Made by a program: the position numbers and the translations under genes
In this document: positions 27,438-37,612 of the stretch, in pieces
Layout of the letters: each line of letters starts with the position of its first letter
Position numbering within the stretch: the first letter of the stretch is position 1
Notes under the pieces: generated by a model
What the model was told of the DNA's origin: nothing
The model's database searches: none
Seen by the model: only the letters and a program-made list of their open reading frames with translations
Assembly: GCA_965242965.1 (NCBI GenBank)
Contig: OZ251518.1
Location: 4,064,001-4,128,000 of the forward strand
DNA from: Candidatus Poribacteria bacterium
GTDB lineage: Bacteria > Poribacteria > WGA-4E > WGA-3G
Reading direction: 5' to 3'
DNA length: 64,000 bases

Positions 27438-29201
27438 TCAAACGCCTTGCGAACGACGAAAACGTGCGGCGGGGATACCGAGTTCGTCACGATATTTTTG
27501 GACGGTGCGCCGGGCGAGGAGAATACCGCTCGCTTTCAAGGCATCGCTGATACCCTGGTCGCTCAGTGGACGCGTCGGTTCTTCGTCGCGGATAAGGGAC
27601 TGGATTTGGTGTTTCACATACCGTGCGGAGACAGCCCCGCCTTGCCGCGTAGCGACTTTGTTACTGAAGAAAAATCTTAATGGATAAGTGCCATAAGGCG
27701 TTTGAACATATTTGTTGCGAGTGACGCGGCTGACAGTGGATTCGTGGATACCGAGCCGCGAGGCAATCATCTGGAGTGTCAACGGCTTGAGGCTGTGGAC
27801 TCCCTTCGTGAGAAACTCGGATTGCACGTCAAAAATCAACTCAGTGACTCGCACAAGGGCGCGCTCGCGATGAGCGATGCTGCTGAGGACATCGCGTGCT
27901 TCTTCATACCGTTCTTCAAGCCATTCTCGCGTTTCGGCATCTTGTGTTTCGTCCCTCATCAGGTTCACGTAATCGGCATTCATCTTGAGGCGTGGCATGT
28001 TATCTTCGGAGAGGATAGCGTAAAAGGGCCGGTGCTGCACGCCGTTTCTGTCAAACTTTCCGTATTCCACCTCCCGAATCTCAACATCAGGGATGACCGT
28101 GTGTGAGCCATCAGCTCTCGTGGCGACAGCGCGGGCGGGACGAACGGTGGCATCGGCGAAGGCACGGCCCGGATACGGCGTTAACGTGCCTAGCCATTTG
28201 ACAGCGGCTGCTACTTCTTCACTATCAACGTTCAAGGCGGTGGCGATGTCATCAAACTGACTATGAAGCAGTTTAACGAAGTGGTGCGTGATGATATGGC
28301 GGGCGAGCGGATGTGGCGCGTCCGCGGTGCGAATCTGGATGAGCAGTGCCTCGCGCGTATCACGATAGGCGATGCCGGTAGGCTCAAACGTGTCCTGAAT
28401 CTTGCGGAGAACGCGCTTCACCTGCTTCAGCGGACAGCCAACCGCCTCGGCGATGTCTGCCAATGTGAGGTGATAGACATCAAGAGAGCCGTTCTGCTGG
28501 ACTATCGTGTAGTGCTGATGATTGTCCTTATCCATAATTTTCCAACTGTTCGCCGTTTTGCGTCGGATGCTTGCCTTTTCTGAGAGGCGCGTTTCGTCTG
28601 GCAGGTTTTTCTGCAGAACGGTGCGCAGCGTTTTCGTGAGCACCCTTTCCTTCAACGCTTTTTTGAACTTCAGCGGAATCTGAAACAGTTTGAGCCGCAG
28701 GCAGCCATCGTCGTCCAGATTGCCGAGAATCTGCTCTCCGATGGCGACTTCGGTTTCGGTGAAGTCGGCAAGCCGCAGCTGTTCCTCCAAAAACTCGTGC
28801 AGGGAGCCGACTTGGGCGATTTCGGGCAATTGGGTTTCGGTGTTGACGTTTCGTGTGGCGCGCCATTCGCTGATGCTGACTCTGTCATCAAAGGCGAAAT
28901 CCAAGTCAATGTCAACAGCGGTATCTTCCTTGTCAATGTCCTCCTCTAGCGCGTTCCATTCCAGGGCCGGATCGAACTCTTCTGCGGGCAAGAAATCGAG
29001 CTCCTCTCCCACTTCGCTTTCATAAGGGTCTGCCAATTCAAGCATCGCGTTTTGTTCTGCCTGCTCCCAGATGAACTGTTCGAGTTCGTACCGCGGCATG
29101 CGGAGCACTGCCAATGCCTCTTGCAACTTGGGATTCGCGGCTACCCGATGCTTAGTTTTATGTTCAGGAGCATTTTTGTCAATCTGATGTTTGAACTTCA
29201 T
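27438..29201 (-). CDS. rpoN: RNA polymerase sigma-54 factor with internal insertion
   Basis: LKPLTL..IA..LGIHESTVSR, RpoN box ARRTVQKYR; lptB-rpoN-hpf gene order. Confidence 0.93.
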   Translation of the reverse strand: MKFKHQIDKNAPEHKTKHRVAANPKLQEALAVLRMPRYELEQFIWEQAEQNAMLELADPYESEVGEELDFLPAEEFDPALEWNALEEDIDKEDTAVDIDLDFAFDDRVSISEWRATRNVNTETQLPEIAQVGSLHEFLEEQLRLADFTETEVAIGEQILGNLDDDGCLRLKLFQIPLKFKKALKERVLTKTLRTVLQKNLPDETRLSEKASIRRKTANSWKIMDKDNHQHYTIVQQNGSLDVYHLTLADIAEAVGCPLKQVKRVLRKIQDTFEPTGIAYRDTREALLIQIRTADAPHPLARHIITHHFVKLLHSQFDDIATALNVDSEEVAAAVKWLGTLTPYPGRAFADATVRPARAVATRADGSHTVIPDVEIREVEYGKFDRNGVQHRPFYAILSEDNMPRLKMNADYVNLMRDETQDAETREWLEERYEEARDVLSSIAHRERALVRVTELIFDVQSEFLTKGVHSLKPLTLQMIASRLGIHESTVSRVTRNKYVQTPYGTYPLRFFFSNKVATRQGGAVSARYVKHQIQSLIRDEEPTRPLSDQGISDALKASGILLARRTVQKYRDELGIPAARFRRSQGV

Positions 29202-29236
29202 GGGAGTGCCCTCCGGACATTACGGAGCCAGACAGA

Positions 29237-29995
29237 CTATCCATCCGGGTTCTTCTGTCGAGGTTTCCACTGGAAGTGGTGTCCGAAATAGAGTTCCCTG
29301 GCAACATCGCTGTGGAGCAGTTCCTCGGGTGTGCCGGCGAGGGTAATCTTTCCATCGGTGATGAGGTAGGCTCTATCGACAATGTCAAGCGTTTCGGCGG
29401 CATTGTGGTCCGTAATGAGGATGCCCAAGTTCCGATTGCGCAAATGTGTGATAAGCTCTTTGATATCCGCGATGGCAATCGGATCGATGCCGGAGAGGGG
29501 CTCGTCCAACAAGATGAACGCGGGTTCAGCGGCGAGGGCACGCGCGATTTCGGCGCGCCGACATTCGCCACCGGAGAAGGTGAACGCTTTCCGATTAAGG
29601 AGATGCGAGATGCCGAGTTCGTCTGTCAATTCACGCACGCGCGACTTACGTTCGGTTTTCGACACACCGCGGGTTTCCAGAATCGCCTCAATGTTCTGCT
29701 GCAACGTGAGTTTTCGGAAAATTGAGGTTTCTTGGGCGAGGTAGCCGATTCCGAGTCGGGCGCGTTGATACATCGGCATGAAGGTGATGTCCCTCCCATC
29801 GTAGGTAATCCTGCCCGCGTTCGGCCGAATGAGCCCGACAACCATGTAGAATGTCGTCGATTTGCCGGCACCGTTGGGACCGAGGAGGCCGACTATCTCG
29901 CCGGGGTGAACCGAAAGACTCACCTGGTTGACGACAACAGGACCGCGCCGAGTATAGCGTTTGACGAGGTTGTGTGCTTGCAGTGCAGTGTTCAT
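29237..29995 (-). CDS. lptB: LPS export ABC transporter ATP-binding protein
   Basis: GPNGAGKSTTFYMVVG, MPMYQRARLGIGYLAQE, GILITDHN. Confidence 0.95.
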   Translation of the reverse strand: MNTALQAHNLVKRYTRRGPVVVNQVSLSVHPGEIVGLLGPNGAGKSTTFYMVVGLIRPNAGRITYDGRDITFMPMYQRARLGIGYLAQETSIFRKLTLQQNIEAILETRGVSKTERKSRVRELTDELGISHLLNRKAFTFSGGECRRAEIARALAAEPAFILLDEPLSGIDPIAIADIKELITHLRNRNLGILITDHNAAETLDIVDRAYLITDGKITLAGTPEELLHSDVARELYFGHHFQWKPRQKNPDG

Positions 29996-31005
29996 TTGTC
30001 TTCTTCCGTTTCGTTTTCAACATCGTCCTCTTCGGGTTGCTGGTTGTCTGCGTCAGCACTCTCGTCATCTGCCGCCGCAGGCGCGCTAGATTCTGCTGCA
30101 TCAGATTCAGCGTCCGTCTCTGCTTTCTCCTCTTCAACATCGTCCTCTTCGGCTGGCTGATTGTCCGCTTCAGCACGCTCGTCATCTGCCGCCGCAGGGG
30201 TGCCAGATTCTACTGCATCAGATTCAGCGTCTTCAACGTCTGTCTCTGATTTTTCCGCGCCTTCCGCCGCGGGCCCCTCACCCTCTTCAGACACGGCAGG
30301 AGCGTCTGCCGCCGCTTCTTCATCCGCACCCGCCGCTGTCTCGCCTGTTTCATCCGCCGCTTTCGGTGCTTCTTCAGCGGGGACAGGTTCCGCTTCGATG
30401 ACACGCACCTTGAACTTCACATCGCCTTCGGCAGTCTGTTCACCGGTGGTGCGGTTGTAAGTGAAGAGCACCGTCTCAAGCCTGTCCTTATTTTGTAGCA
30501 CTACCACGTCTGTCTTCAGGATAATCGTATTCGTGAGATGCTCCATCGTGGCGTGCTCACACGTAGCAAAGATTTCTGCATCGCGAATCTCGACGTTATT
30601 CTCGGCAACCGTGCGGACGGTGTCGCCAGTCACAGGATCCGTGTAAAAGGTGACCTTGTCGGCGTTGAGGTAGCCATCGGTGCGCAAGATTTTGACGTTG
30701 CCGGTGAGAATGGTGATGCCATCTTTCTCAAACCGTTCCAAGTTGTCGGCACTGCCGTTAATCTCTTCGCCTTTCTCTTCGCCTTTCTCTTCCCCTTTCT
30801 CTGCGTCATCCGCTGCTGCCTCGGTTTTCTCGCTCGGTTTGAGTTTAGGCTCTTCGCTCTGCACAGTTGCTTCTGGCGTTCCCTCTGGTGTTGCTTCTGC
30901 CGTTCCTTCTGTCTGGGCAATAGCACTGCATGCGAGGACACCCGCGATGAGCATCGCGATGAGACTCAGCCAGAGTGTTTTATGGTGAATGTGGGTGCGT
31001 TTCAT
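29992..31005 (-). CDS. lptA: LptA/OstA-like protein with acidic low-complexity tail
   Basis: Signal peptide; ILTGNVKI...LNADKV...AENNVEI beta-jellyroll pattern; sits between lptC and lptB. Confidence 0.75.
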   Translation of the reverse strand: MKRTHIHHKTLWLSLIAMLIAGVLACSAIAQTEGTAEATPEGTPEATVQSEEPKLKPSEKTEAAADDAEKGEEKGEEKGEEINGSADNLERFEKDGITILTGNVKILRTDGYLNADKVTFYTDPVTGDTVRTVAENNVEIRDAEIFATCEHATMEHLTNTIILKTDVVVLQNKDRLETVLFTYNRTTGEQTAEGDVKFKVRVIEAEPVPAEEAPKAADETGETAAGADEEAAADAPAVSEEGEGPAAEGAEKSETDVEDAESDAVESGTPAAADDERAEADNQPAEEDDVEEEKAETDAESDAAESSAPAAADDESADADNQQPEEDDVENETEEDK

Positions 31006-31570
31006 CGGTTTTTTCGTCCCTCGGATAAAGCTGAAATCGATTGTTTGCCATTTTGATGGTTTCAAGCGTCGGATCGGCGCGCAGTTCGGTGCCGTGCCAC
31101 GTGGACGTGCCCCGAACAACGGTGGCTTCATTCGGCGCATACAGGATACCGGCGCGATTTTTCCAATGGAGTTCCTCCGTGAGCAACGTGCCATCTTTGC
31201 TGACACCGACAACATTACCGGTAAGGTGCAGGTTATCCTTATCGGTGCCGGTGAGGAACTGCACACCTATCTTACTGGTTAACGTGATTACCACCTCGCC
31301 GTTTTCAAAAATCTCCACCGTCGGATTTTCGACGTGAATAGTCTCCTGATGGAGTGCGGATGCGTCGCCGATGAGCGTCCATTTGAGTGCGCCGCCCTCG
31401 CTGTGCTGCGTGGAAAACCTGTCCAGTTTTTGCGTCGGTGTCGGTGCCGGCGGTTCGGTAAGCGGCTCGTCAGCGTTCTGGCAGCCAATTACAAAGCACA
31501 GCATCCAAAAAAAGAGTGCCACCGCTATCGCGCTACCGCATCTCCTCAGAACGCGTTTTCCACCGCTCAT
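30980..31570 (-). CDS. lptC: LPS export protein LptC
   Basis: N-terminal membrane anchor; LTGNVVGVSKDG.LLTEELHW; operon position. Confidence 0.75.
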   Translation of the reverse strand: MSGGKRVLRRCGSAIAVALFFWMLCFVIGCQNADEPLTEPPAPTPTQKLDRFSTQHSEGGALKWTLIGDASALHQETIHVENPTVEIFENGEVVITLTSKIGVQFLTGTDKDNLHLTGNVVGVSKDGTLLTEELHWKNRAGILYAPNEATVVRGTSTWHGTELRADPTLETIKMANNRFQLYPRDEKTDETHPHSP

Positions 31571-32417
31571 GCATCCAGATCCACTGTTCCGGGTATCGCC
31601 GGATGTATCCCTCAATAATTTTGGTAAATTTCTGTGTGTTAATAACAAGTTCTTCCTCGTTTACCGCCGCGCGTTCTAGTGCTAAAGGCGGTTCAATGAT
31701 GGCGCGATGCGTGCCATCGGGTTGCCGAATGATAAAAGCCGGTAGTATCGCCGCACCGGTTTTCAGCGCAATCGCAACAGGACTGTAAGGCGTGTAGGCC
31801 GGTTTACCGAAGAAATCGACGAACACGCCGTTTACCTTCGTATCCACATCGGCGACGATGCCGAGCAGTTGATTGCGTTTGAGGCATCGGAGCGCGCTGC
31901 GCAGCCCGGTATCCCTGTCAATCGTGGCATAACCTGCTTGCGCCCGGTAACTGCTGACAAGCGCGTTTAACCGCGCGGAACGCAACTCCCGCACAATGGG
32001 CATCAACGGTGCCACCTGCGCCGAGATGCTTGCGGCGAGCAGCTCCCAGTTGCCGAAATGTCCTGTCAAGATAATCGCGCCTTTGCCGCGTGCGAGTGCT
32101 GCCTTAATGTGCGACGCGCCTTCAAAAGTCACCGCTTGTCGCAGGGCCCTCGCGTCCATGCCCGGAAATCGCAGAAATTCTACCACGTTTTTGCCGAGGT
32201 TTTCAAAGCACCGCTTCGCAATTGCTGTTGCGCATCGGTTATCCGAAATGTTCAGGCTTCGCTGGAGTTGCTCGCAAGCGCGCTCTCTTTCCTTCGTCGC
32301 GAGCCAGAAAGCGAGTCTGCCGAAGCCTGCACCGATGGCTAATGCCACCGAGTTCGGCAATCGTGAAACGCACGCGCCCATTAATTTGGCGGCAAATTCA
32401 TAACACCAATCTTTCAT
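31533..32417 (-). CDS. Lipid A biosynthesis lauroyl/myristoyl acyltransferase (LpxL/HtrB family)
   Basis: GKGAIILTGHFGNWEL, GVFVDFFGKPA, IRRYPEQWIWMHERWK. Confidence 0.9.
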   Translation of the reverse strand: MKDWCYEFAAKLMGACVSRLPNSVALAIGAGFGRLAFWLATKERERACEQLQRSLNISDNRCATAIAKRCFENLGKNVVEFLRFPGMDARALRQAVTFEGASHIKAALARGKGAIILTGHFGNWELLAASISAQVAPLMPIVRELRSARLNALVSSYRAQAGYATIDRDTGLRSALRCLKRNQLLGIVADVDTKVNGVFVDFFGKPAYTPYSPVAIALKTGAAILPAFIIRQPDGTHRAIIEPPLALERAAVNEEELVINTQKFTKIIEGYIRRYPEQWIWMHERWKTRSEEMR

Positions 32418-32549
32418 CACTATATAGTATAGCAAATTTCATGCGAAATTGCAAATAAATTTAATATTTTGTTGCATTTTGCGGGGATTTTCTTTGTTTT
32501 TCGGAGCATTTCGTTATTAGCATTCGGATAAAAAACGCCATCCCCTTCA

Positions 32550-33190
32550 CCGTAGGGCTTGGGCCCTCGGATGCCACACGCGCATCCGAGCGGGTGTCCC
32601 TCGCCATCGCTCGCGCGCCAGGCCCTGTAGGGCAGGATCGCCAGATCCTGAACCGTTTGTGATCAGGCGATCACAAACTACAGAGGGCCCGATGCGCCGC
32701 CCCCTCACCGTAGGGCGAGGGCCTGTCCCTCGCCATCGCTCGCGCAATCCAACGATCGCGGGGGACAGGCCCCCGCGCTACGAAAAAAAAACGCCACCCT
32801 CTCACCGTAGGGCGAGGGCCTGTCCCTCGCCATCGCTCGCGCTGCGGAAAAAACGTCTCTTCAGGTCCGTAGGACCTTAATGTCTATAGCACGTGAGGCG
32901 GCAAAGAACGCTAAGGTCCGTAGGACCTTAATAGATTTTGCCATGCGGCGCGTGTTTTTATTAAGGACCTAAAGGACCTTGACATGGGACCGGCACGTTT
33001 TTCTATAGACATGTAGGACCTAAAGGACCTAAAACGCCCCTCTTGACGATGGCGATCGCGGGGGACAGGCCCCCGCGCTACGATAAAAAACGGTTCTTGA
33101 GCCATCGCGGGGGAAACCCGCTCGGATGCGCGGGTGGCATCCGAGGGCCCACGCGCTACCGGAAAATCAAGACCAGAGGGCGCGCCTACC
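32550..33190. repeat. Large composite REP cluster
   Basis: Several CCTGT-loop REPs, a 55-bp double hairpin (32627-32681) and a ~170-bp palindromic element (32863-33030). Confidence 0.88.
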
Positions 33191-33270
33191 GAACACATCG
33201 AAATATGAAACCTTCTCGGTTAATTATCCCATTGACTTCTATTTCAATTTCGGGTAAACTTTAACCTGCT

Positions 33271-34572
33271 ATGCCGACACCCGAAAACATCAACACCCAC
33301 ATCATCCGGCTCGCCATTCCGAATATCGTCAGCAACTTCTCTATCCCGCTTTTAGGCGCGGTAGACACAGCGTTGATGGGGCGGCTAGATTCCGCACACT
33401 ACTTAGGTGCTGTCGGTATCGGCGGCGTGATTTTCAGTTTTATCTATTGGGGATTCGGATTCCTCCGCATGGCGATGACAGGGCTCGTCGCGCAAGCATT
33501 TGGGAGAAATGACGCGGCGGAATGTGGATGTTTGCTACTGCGGGGACTCTTCATCGGTGGGCTCGGTAGTTTTCTGCTCATCGTCCTCCAAGGGGCTATC
33601 GCTGAGGTGAGTTTTACGCTCATCAATGCGAGCCCAGAAGTGGAACGCCTCGCCCGCGTCTATTTTCACATTCGCATCGCTGCCGCACCGGCGACGCTCT
33701 GTCTGCACGCCTTCCACGGCACTTTTTTGGGGTTACAGAACGCGCGCTACCCGATGTTCCTGACAATTCTGGTGAACGTCATCAACATCGCGCTGAACCT
33801 GGTCTTCGTGCGAAAACTAGGGATGACGGTGGAAGGCATCGCGTTGGCAACCGTCATTGCGCAATATATCGGGTTGCTTTTGGCAGGCGCGCTCTTTTTC
33901 GTGCGGTATCGGTATCTGATACGCGGGACAGATATCCGAGGCGTGTTGCATCCGGCGCAACTCAAACGGTTTCTGAGCATTAGCGGCGATATTTTCATCA
34001 GAACCTGTTTTCTGGTGTTTAGTCACGCCTTTTTCATGGCGAAATCCGCTGAATTGAGCGATACCGTCCTAGCGATTAACACGATCCTGCTCCAATTCAT
34101 CAACCTCATGTCTTACGCGATTGATGGGTTCGCGTTCGCGGCGGAGAGCCTCGTCGGCAAATACAAGGGCGCGCAGGATACGCAGAATCTGAAACGGACA
34201 ACGCGCTACGTCTTCCGATGGGCGTTTCTGTTTGGCGGCGTGCTGATGTTAATTTTCTCGGTGTTCGGTGCCCGGGCACTACACCTCTTCACAGATCAGC
34301 CAACCGTGTTAACGCAGGCGGCTCCTTATCTCGGCTGGCTCTTCATCGCGCCTGTGGTTAACGTTGCCGCCTATATTTGGGACGGGATTTTCCTCGGCGC
34401 GACTGCATCGAAGCCGCTGCGTGACACGGTGATTTTTTCTACCTTGCTCTTCTTGGGTGCCGCGTATTTGCTGATGCCTTACGGGAATCACGGATTGTGG
34501 GGTGCGTTGACGTTGCTTTTGGTGGCGCGCGGCGTGTCGTTGACGGTGTTGGCACGCAAATATATCGCCTAG
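33271..34572 (+). CDS. MATE family efflux transporter (DinF-like)
   Basis: LAIPNIVSNFSIPLLGAVDTALMG, FGFLRMAMTGLVAQAFG, DGFAFAAESLVG. Confidence 0.92.
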   Translation: MPTPENINTHIIRLAIPNIVSNFSIPLLGAVDTALMGRLDSAHYLGAVGIGGVIFSFIYWGFGFLRMAMTGLVAQAFGRNDAAECGCLLLRGLFIGGLGSFLLIVLQGAIAEVSFTLINASPEVERLARVYFHIRIAAAPATLCLHAFHGTFLGLQNARYPMFLTILVNVINIALNLVFVRKLGMTVEGIALATVIAQYIGLLLAGALFFVRYRYLIRGTDIRGVLHPAQLKRFLSISGDIFIRTCFLVFSHAFFMAKSAELSDTVLAINTILLQFINLMSYAIDGFAFAAESLVGKYKGAQDTQNLKRTTRYVFRWAFLFGGVLMLIFSVFGARALHLFTDQPTVLTQAAPYLGWLFIAPVVNVAAYIWDGIFLGATASKPLRDTVIFSTLLFLGAAYLLMPYGNHGLWGALTLLLVARGVSLTVLARKYIA

Positions 34573-34574
34573 CA

Positions 34575-34970
34575 GAAGGCATCGGGCCCATCTCTGTAGT
34601 TCGGGAGCGCCCGCTCCCGAACGGGTCAGGATCAGGCGATCCTGACCTACAGAGGTGATGCGGTCTGACACCAAAACGCATGGCGAGGGACAGGCCCTCG
34701 CCCTACGTGAAAGGGAAGCGTTTTTTCATCGTAGCGCGGGGCCCTCGGATGCCAGACGCGCATCCGAGCGGGTTTCCTCCGCGATCGTTGCATAGCGAGG
34801 GACAGGCCCTCGCCCTACGGTGAAGGGGATTGTTTTTTTCCGTAGCGCGGGGGCCTGTCCCCCGCGATCGCAGCATGGCGAGGGAAACCCTCTCGCATGC
34901 GCGTGTGGCATGCGAGGGCCCTCGCCCTACGGTGAAGGGGAAGCGTTTTTTTTCACCGCATCGCGGGGGA
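34575..34970. repeat. Composite REP cluster
   Basis: Double hairpin at 34596-34650 plus several CCTGT-loop REPs; 34575-34706 is close to the reverse complement of ~38510-38641. Confidence 0.85.
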
Positions 34971-35097
34971 TCGTTCCGTTGCGAAATCCAAAAAAAACTT
35001 GAAATACGTCTCGATTTATGCTAAACTGAACAAAACACACCTTAAAAAACGTTCCTGATAGGTGAGGTCCAACCGCGCCTACCGGGGAGGATTATTC

Positions 35098-37476
35098 ATG
35101 AGATGGGAATTTTTACTCGTGCTTGGGCTAATCATCGGGTGCAACTTGGGACAACCACCACGGCGCGCAAACCCCGAATTCGCAAAGCAGTATCAAATCG
35201 GCGCAGACGCACTTTTCAATGATAACCTTGAGGAAGCAGAACAAGCGTTCCTCGCGTGCCTCGAGATCGACCCCGAGTCTGTCAATGCACGCATGCAGCT
35301 TTCGCGCGTCTATATCAAACAGCAGAAATTTGAAGAAGCATCGGCAACGTTAGACCGGGTTGACGAAACCTTCGCTGACCCGAGCCTGCTGCTCAGCCCG
35401 GAAGAATTGGCGGAAGCATACGTCATTATGTCGCAAATCCACAGTTACCAAGGGGAGTTCAGCGAGGCAACCGAAGATTTGACGAGTGCCTTAGAATTGG
35501 ACCCGAAGAATATCAACGCGCGGATGAGACTCGGCTACTTCCTCGGCGCACCGCAACAGATGCTTGTCCCAGACCTGGCCGCGTCCAAACGGCAATTCGA
35601 GAAGGTGCTGAAGAAGGACCCGAACCATCTTGAAGCGATGCTCCAACTCGGCCTCGCGGAATTCCGACTCGGCGACGCGGAAAAGGCGGCGGAACGGTTC
35701 AGGCATATCATTGAAAACTACGGCCGCCACGCCGGTGCCTACTACTACCTCGGTGTCTATTACCTGCGGCAAGCCTACCTAGGGAACCCCGACTCGCGGG
35801 AAGATAATGCGAAAAAGGCAATTGAGAATTTGAAAGCCTCCAACGATCTCAAGTCAAGCGATTTGGATACGATTTGGAACTTGTATACCGCCGCAAGGCT
35901 GGCAGGATACCCCGAAGATGTGTTAAATGCTTTCCGACCGGATGAGCGGGAAGAAGACTGGCAGGAGCATACGCTACCCGAGAACCCTCGGTTTACAGAT
36001 GTCGCACCTGATTTAGAGATGGACAAAACGGACGGTGGGCGCGGCAGTGCTTGGGCAGATTATGATGCCGATGGCGATTTGGACATCGTCGCCGTGGGGA
36101 CATATCAACCGCATGCGCTCTATCAAAATAACGGGGATGGCACGTTCACGAACGTCGCCAAGAAGGCCCGCCTCGCCGACCCGAGAGGCGGCTGGGGCTC
36201 CCTCTTTGCCGATTACGATAACGACGGCTACCCAGACCTCTATGTGACGCGCGGCGGCTGGTCTGGCGCAGACGACAACACGCTCTATCACAACAATGGT
36301 GACGGCACCTTCACCGATGTAACGCGCCACGCCGGCGTGCGCGCACCGCAAAGCAGTTTCTGTGCAGCCTGGGCAGATTACGATAACGATGGATACCTAG
36401 ACATCTACATAGCGAACGGCGTTATCGGCGATGGCGCGGCGAATGTGCTTTACCACAACAACGGCGACAGCACGTTTACCGACGTGGCAGAAGAAGCCGG
36501 CGTTGCAAACACCGGGAGCTCACTCGGCACCGCCTGGGGCGATTACAATAACGATGGCCACATCGATATTCACCTCGTCAACTATGGGGATAAGAACGTG
36601 CTTTATCGGAACAACGGCGATGGAACTTTCACCGACGTGACAGAGGAAACGGGGATGGATTTGACTATCACCGATTCGTTCGTCACCTTTTTCCTTGACT
36701 ACGATAACGATAGCGATTTGGACATTTTCATATCCAACTCCGGCTCCTATGGTTCGTTCATCCTGTCTCAATTCAGTGGCGAGGCGTTGCAGGATGGAGA
36801 ACGGCAGGTGCTTTATCGGAACAACGGCGATGGAACTTTCACCGACATAACGAAGGAAGCTGGACTCTCCTGGTCCTTCGGGGCAATGGGCGCAAACTTC
36901 GGCGACGTTGATGGAGATGGCAACCTTGACATCTATCTGGCGACAGGCGCACCGCAGATGGGACGCTTGGAACGCGACGCGCTCTTCCTCAACAACGGCG
37001 ATGGAACTTTCACCGATACGACTATCGCTTTAGGGCTCGGCAACCTCGGAAAAGGACACGGCGTTACTTTCGGCGATGCAGATGCTGATGGAGACCAGGA
37101 TATTTACGTCTCTGTCGGTGGTGCATTCATCGGGGACCAGTGGCCCAACCTATTTTATCAAAACCAAGGACCGGCAAGCAATTGGCTCACCGTCAAACCA
37201 GTCGGCATCGAAAGCAACCGTGATGGCATCGGCGCGAGAGTGACGGTAACCGTCGGCAATAGAACGCTTTATCGGGAAGTGAGCGGCGGATGCGGGTTCG
37301 GTTCAACGAACAGCATCCAATTAGAAATCGGATTGGGGGATGCAACGTTGGTGGATAGATTGGAAATCGTCTGGCCCTCCGGACAGGTAGATATGTATGA
37401 GAACCTGTCCGTGAATCAAGTGCTAGTCGCCACGGAAGGTGACAGCATGAAGGGCACATCGGATCCGAATAAATAG
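35098..37476 (+). CDS. TPR + FG-GAP/VCBS + ASPIC/UnbV (CRTAC1-like) lipoprotein
   Basis: LIIG-C lipobox-like signal; TPRs; repeated WADYDNDG..D and LYHNNGDGTFTDV; SNRDGIGARVTV...EIVWPSG; SD GGAGG. Confidence 0.9.
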   Translation: MRWEFLLVLGLIIGCNLGQPPRRANPEFAKQYQIGADALFNDNLEEAEQAFLACLEIDPESVNARMQLSRVYIKQQKFEEASATLDRVDETFADPSLLLSPEELAEAYVIMSQIHSYQGEFSEATEDLTSALELDPKNINARMRLGYFLGAPQQMLVPDLAASKRQFEKVLKKDPNHLEAMLQLGLAEFRLGDAEKAAERFRHIIENYGRHAGAYYYLGVYYLRQAYLGNPDSREDNAKKAIENLKASNDLKSSDLDTIWNLYTAARLAGYPEDVLNAFRPDEREEDWQEHTLPENPRFTDVAPDLEMDKTDGGRGSAWADYDADGDLDIVAVGTYQPHALYQNNGDGTFTNVAKKARLADPRGGWGSLFADYDNDGYPDLYVTRGGWSGADDNTLYHNNGDGTFTDVTRHAGVRAPQSSFCAAWADYDNDGYLDIYIANGVIGDGAANVLYHNNGDSTFTDVAEEAGVANTGSSLGTAWGDYNNDGHIDIHLVNYGDKNVLYRNNGDGTFTDVTEETGMDLTITDSFVTFFLDYDNDSDLDIFISNSGSYGSFILSQFSGEALQDGERQVLYRNNGDGTFTDITKEAGLSWSFGAMGANFGDVDGDGNLDIYLATGAPQMGRLERDALFLNNGDGTFTDTTIALGLGNLGKGHGVTFGDADADGDQDIYVSVGGAFIGDQWPNLFYQNQGPASNWLTVKPVGIESNRDGIGARVTVTVGNRTLYREVSGGCGFGSTNSIQLEIGLGDATLVDRLEIVWPSGQVDMYENLSVNQVLVATEGDSMKGTSDPNK

Positions 37477-37612
37477 TCCCGAAGGGTGGGGAGCCGTCCC
37501 GCGCCGTGCGGCGACGCGGGGGACAGGCCCCCGCGCTACGTGTGCCGGTAGGCACTTTGTCACAGATAACTGATGTCGACAGCCCCCGCGCTACGTGTGC
37601 CGGTAGGTTCGC

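Noticed and set aside
27420-27455. 18-bp tandem duplication at the rpoN 3' end
   Set aside because: A simple local slippage duplication with no evident consequence.
28470-28694. Intein in rpoN
   Set aside because: Too short and lacks the N-terminal Cys/Ser and C-terminal His-Asn splicing motifs.
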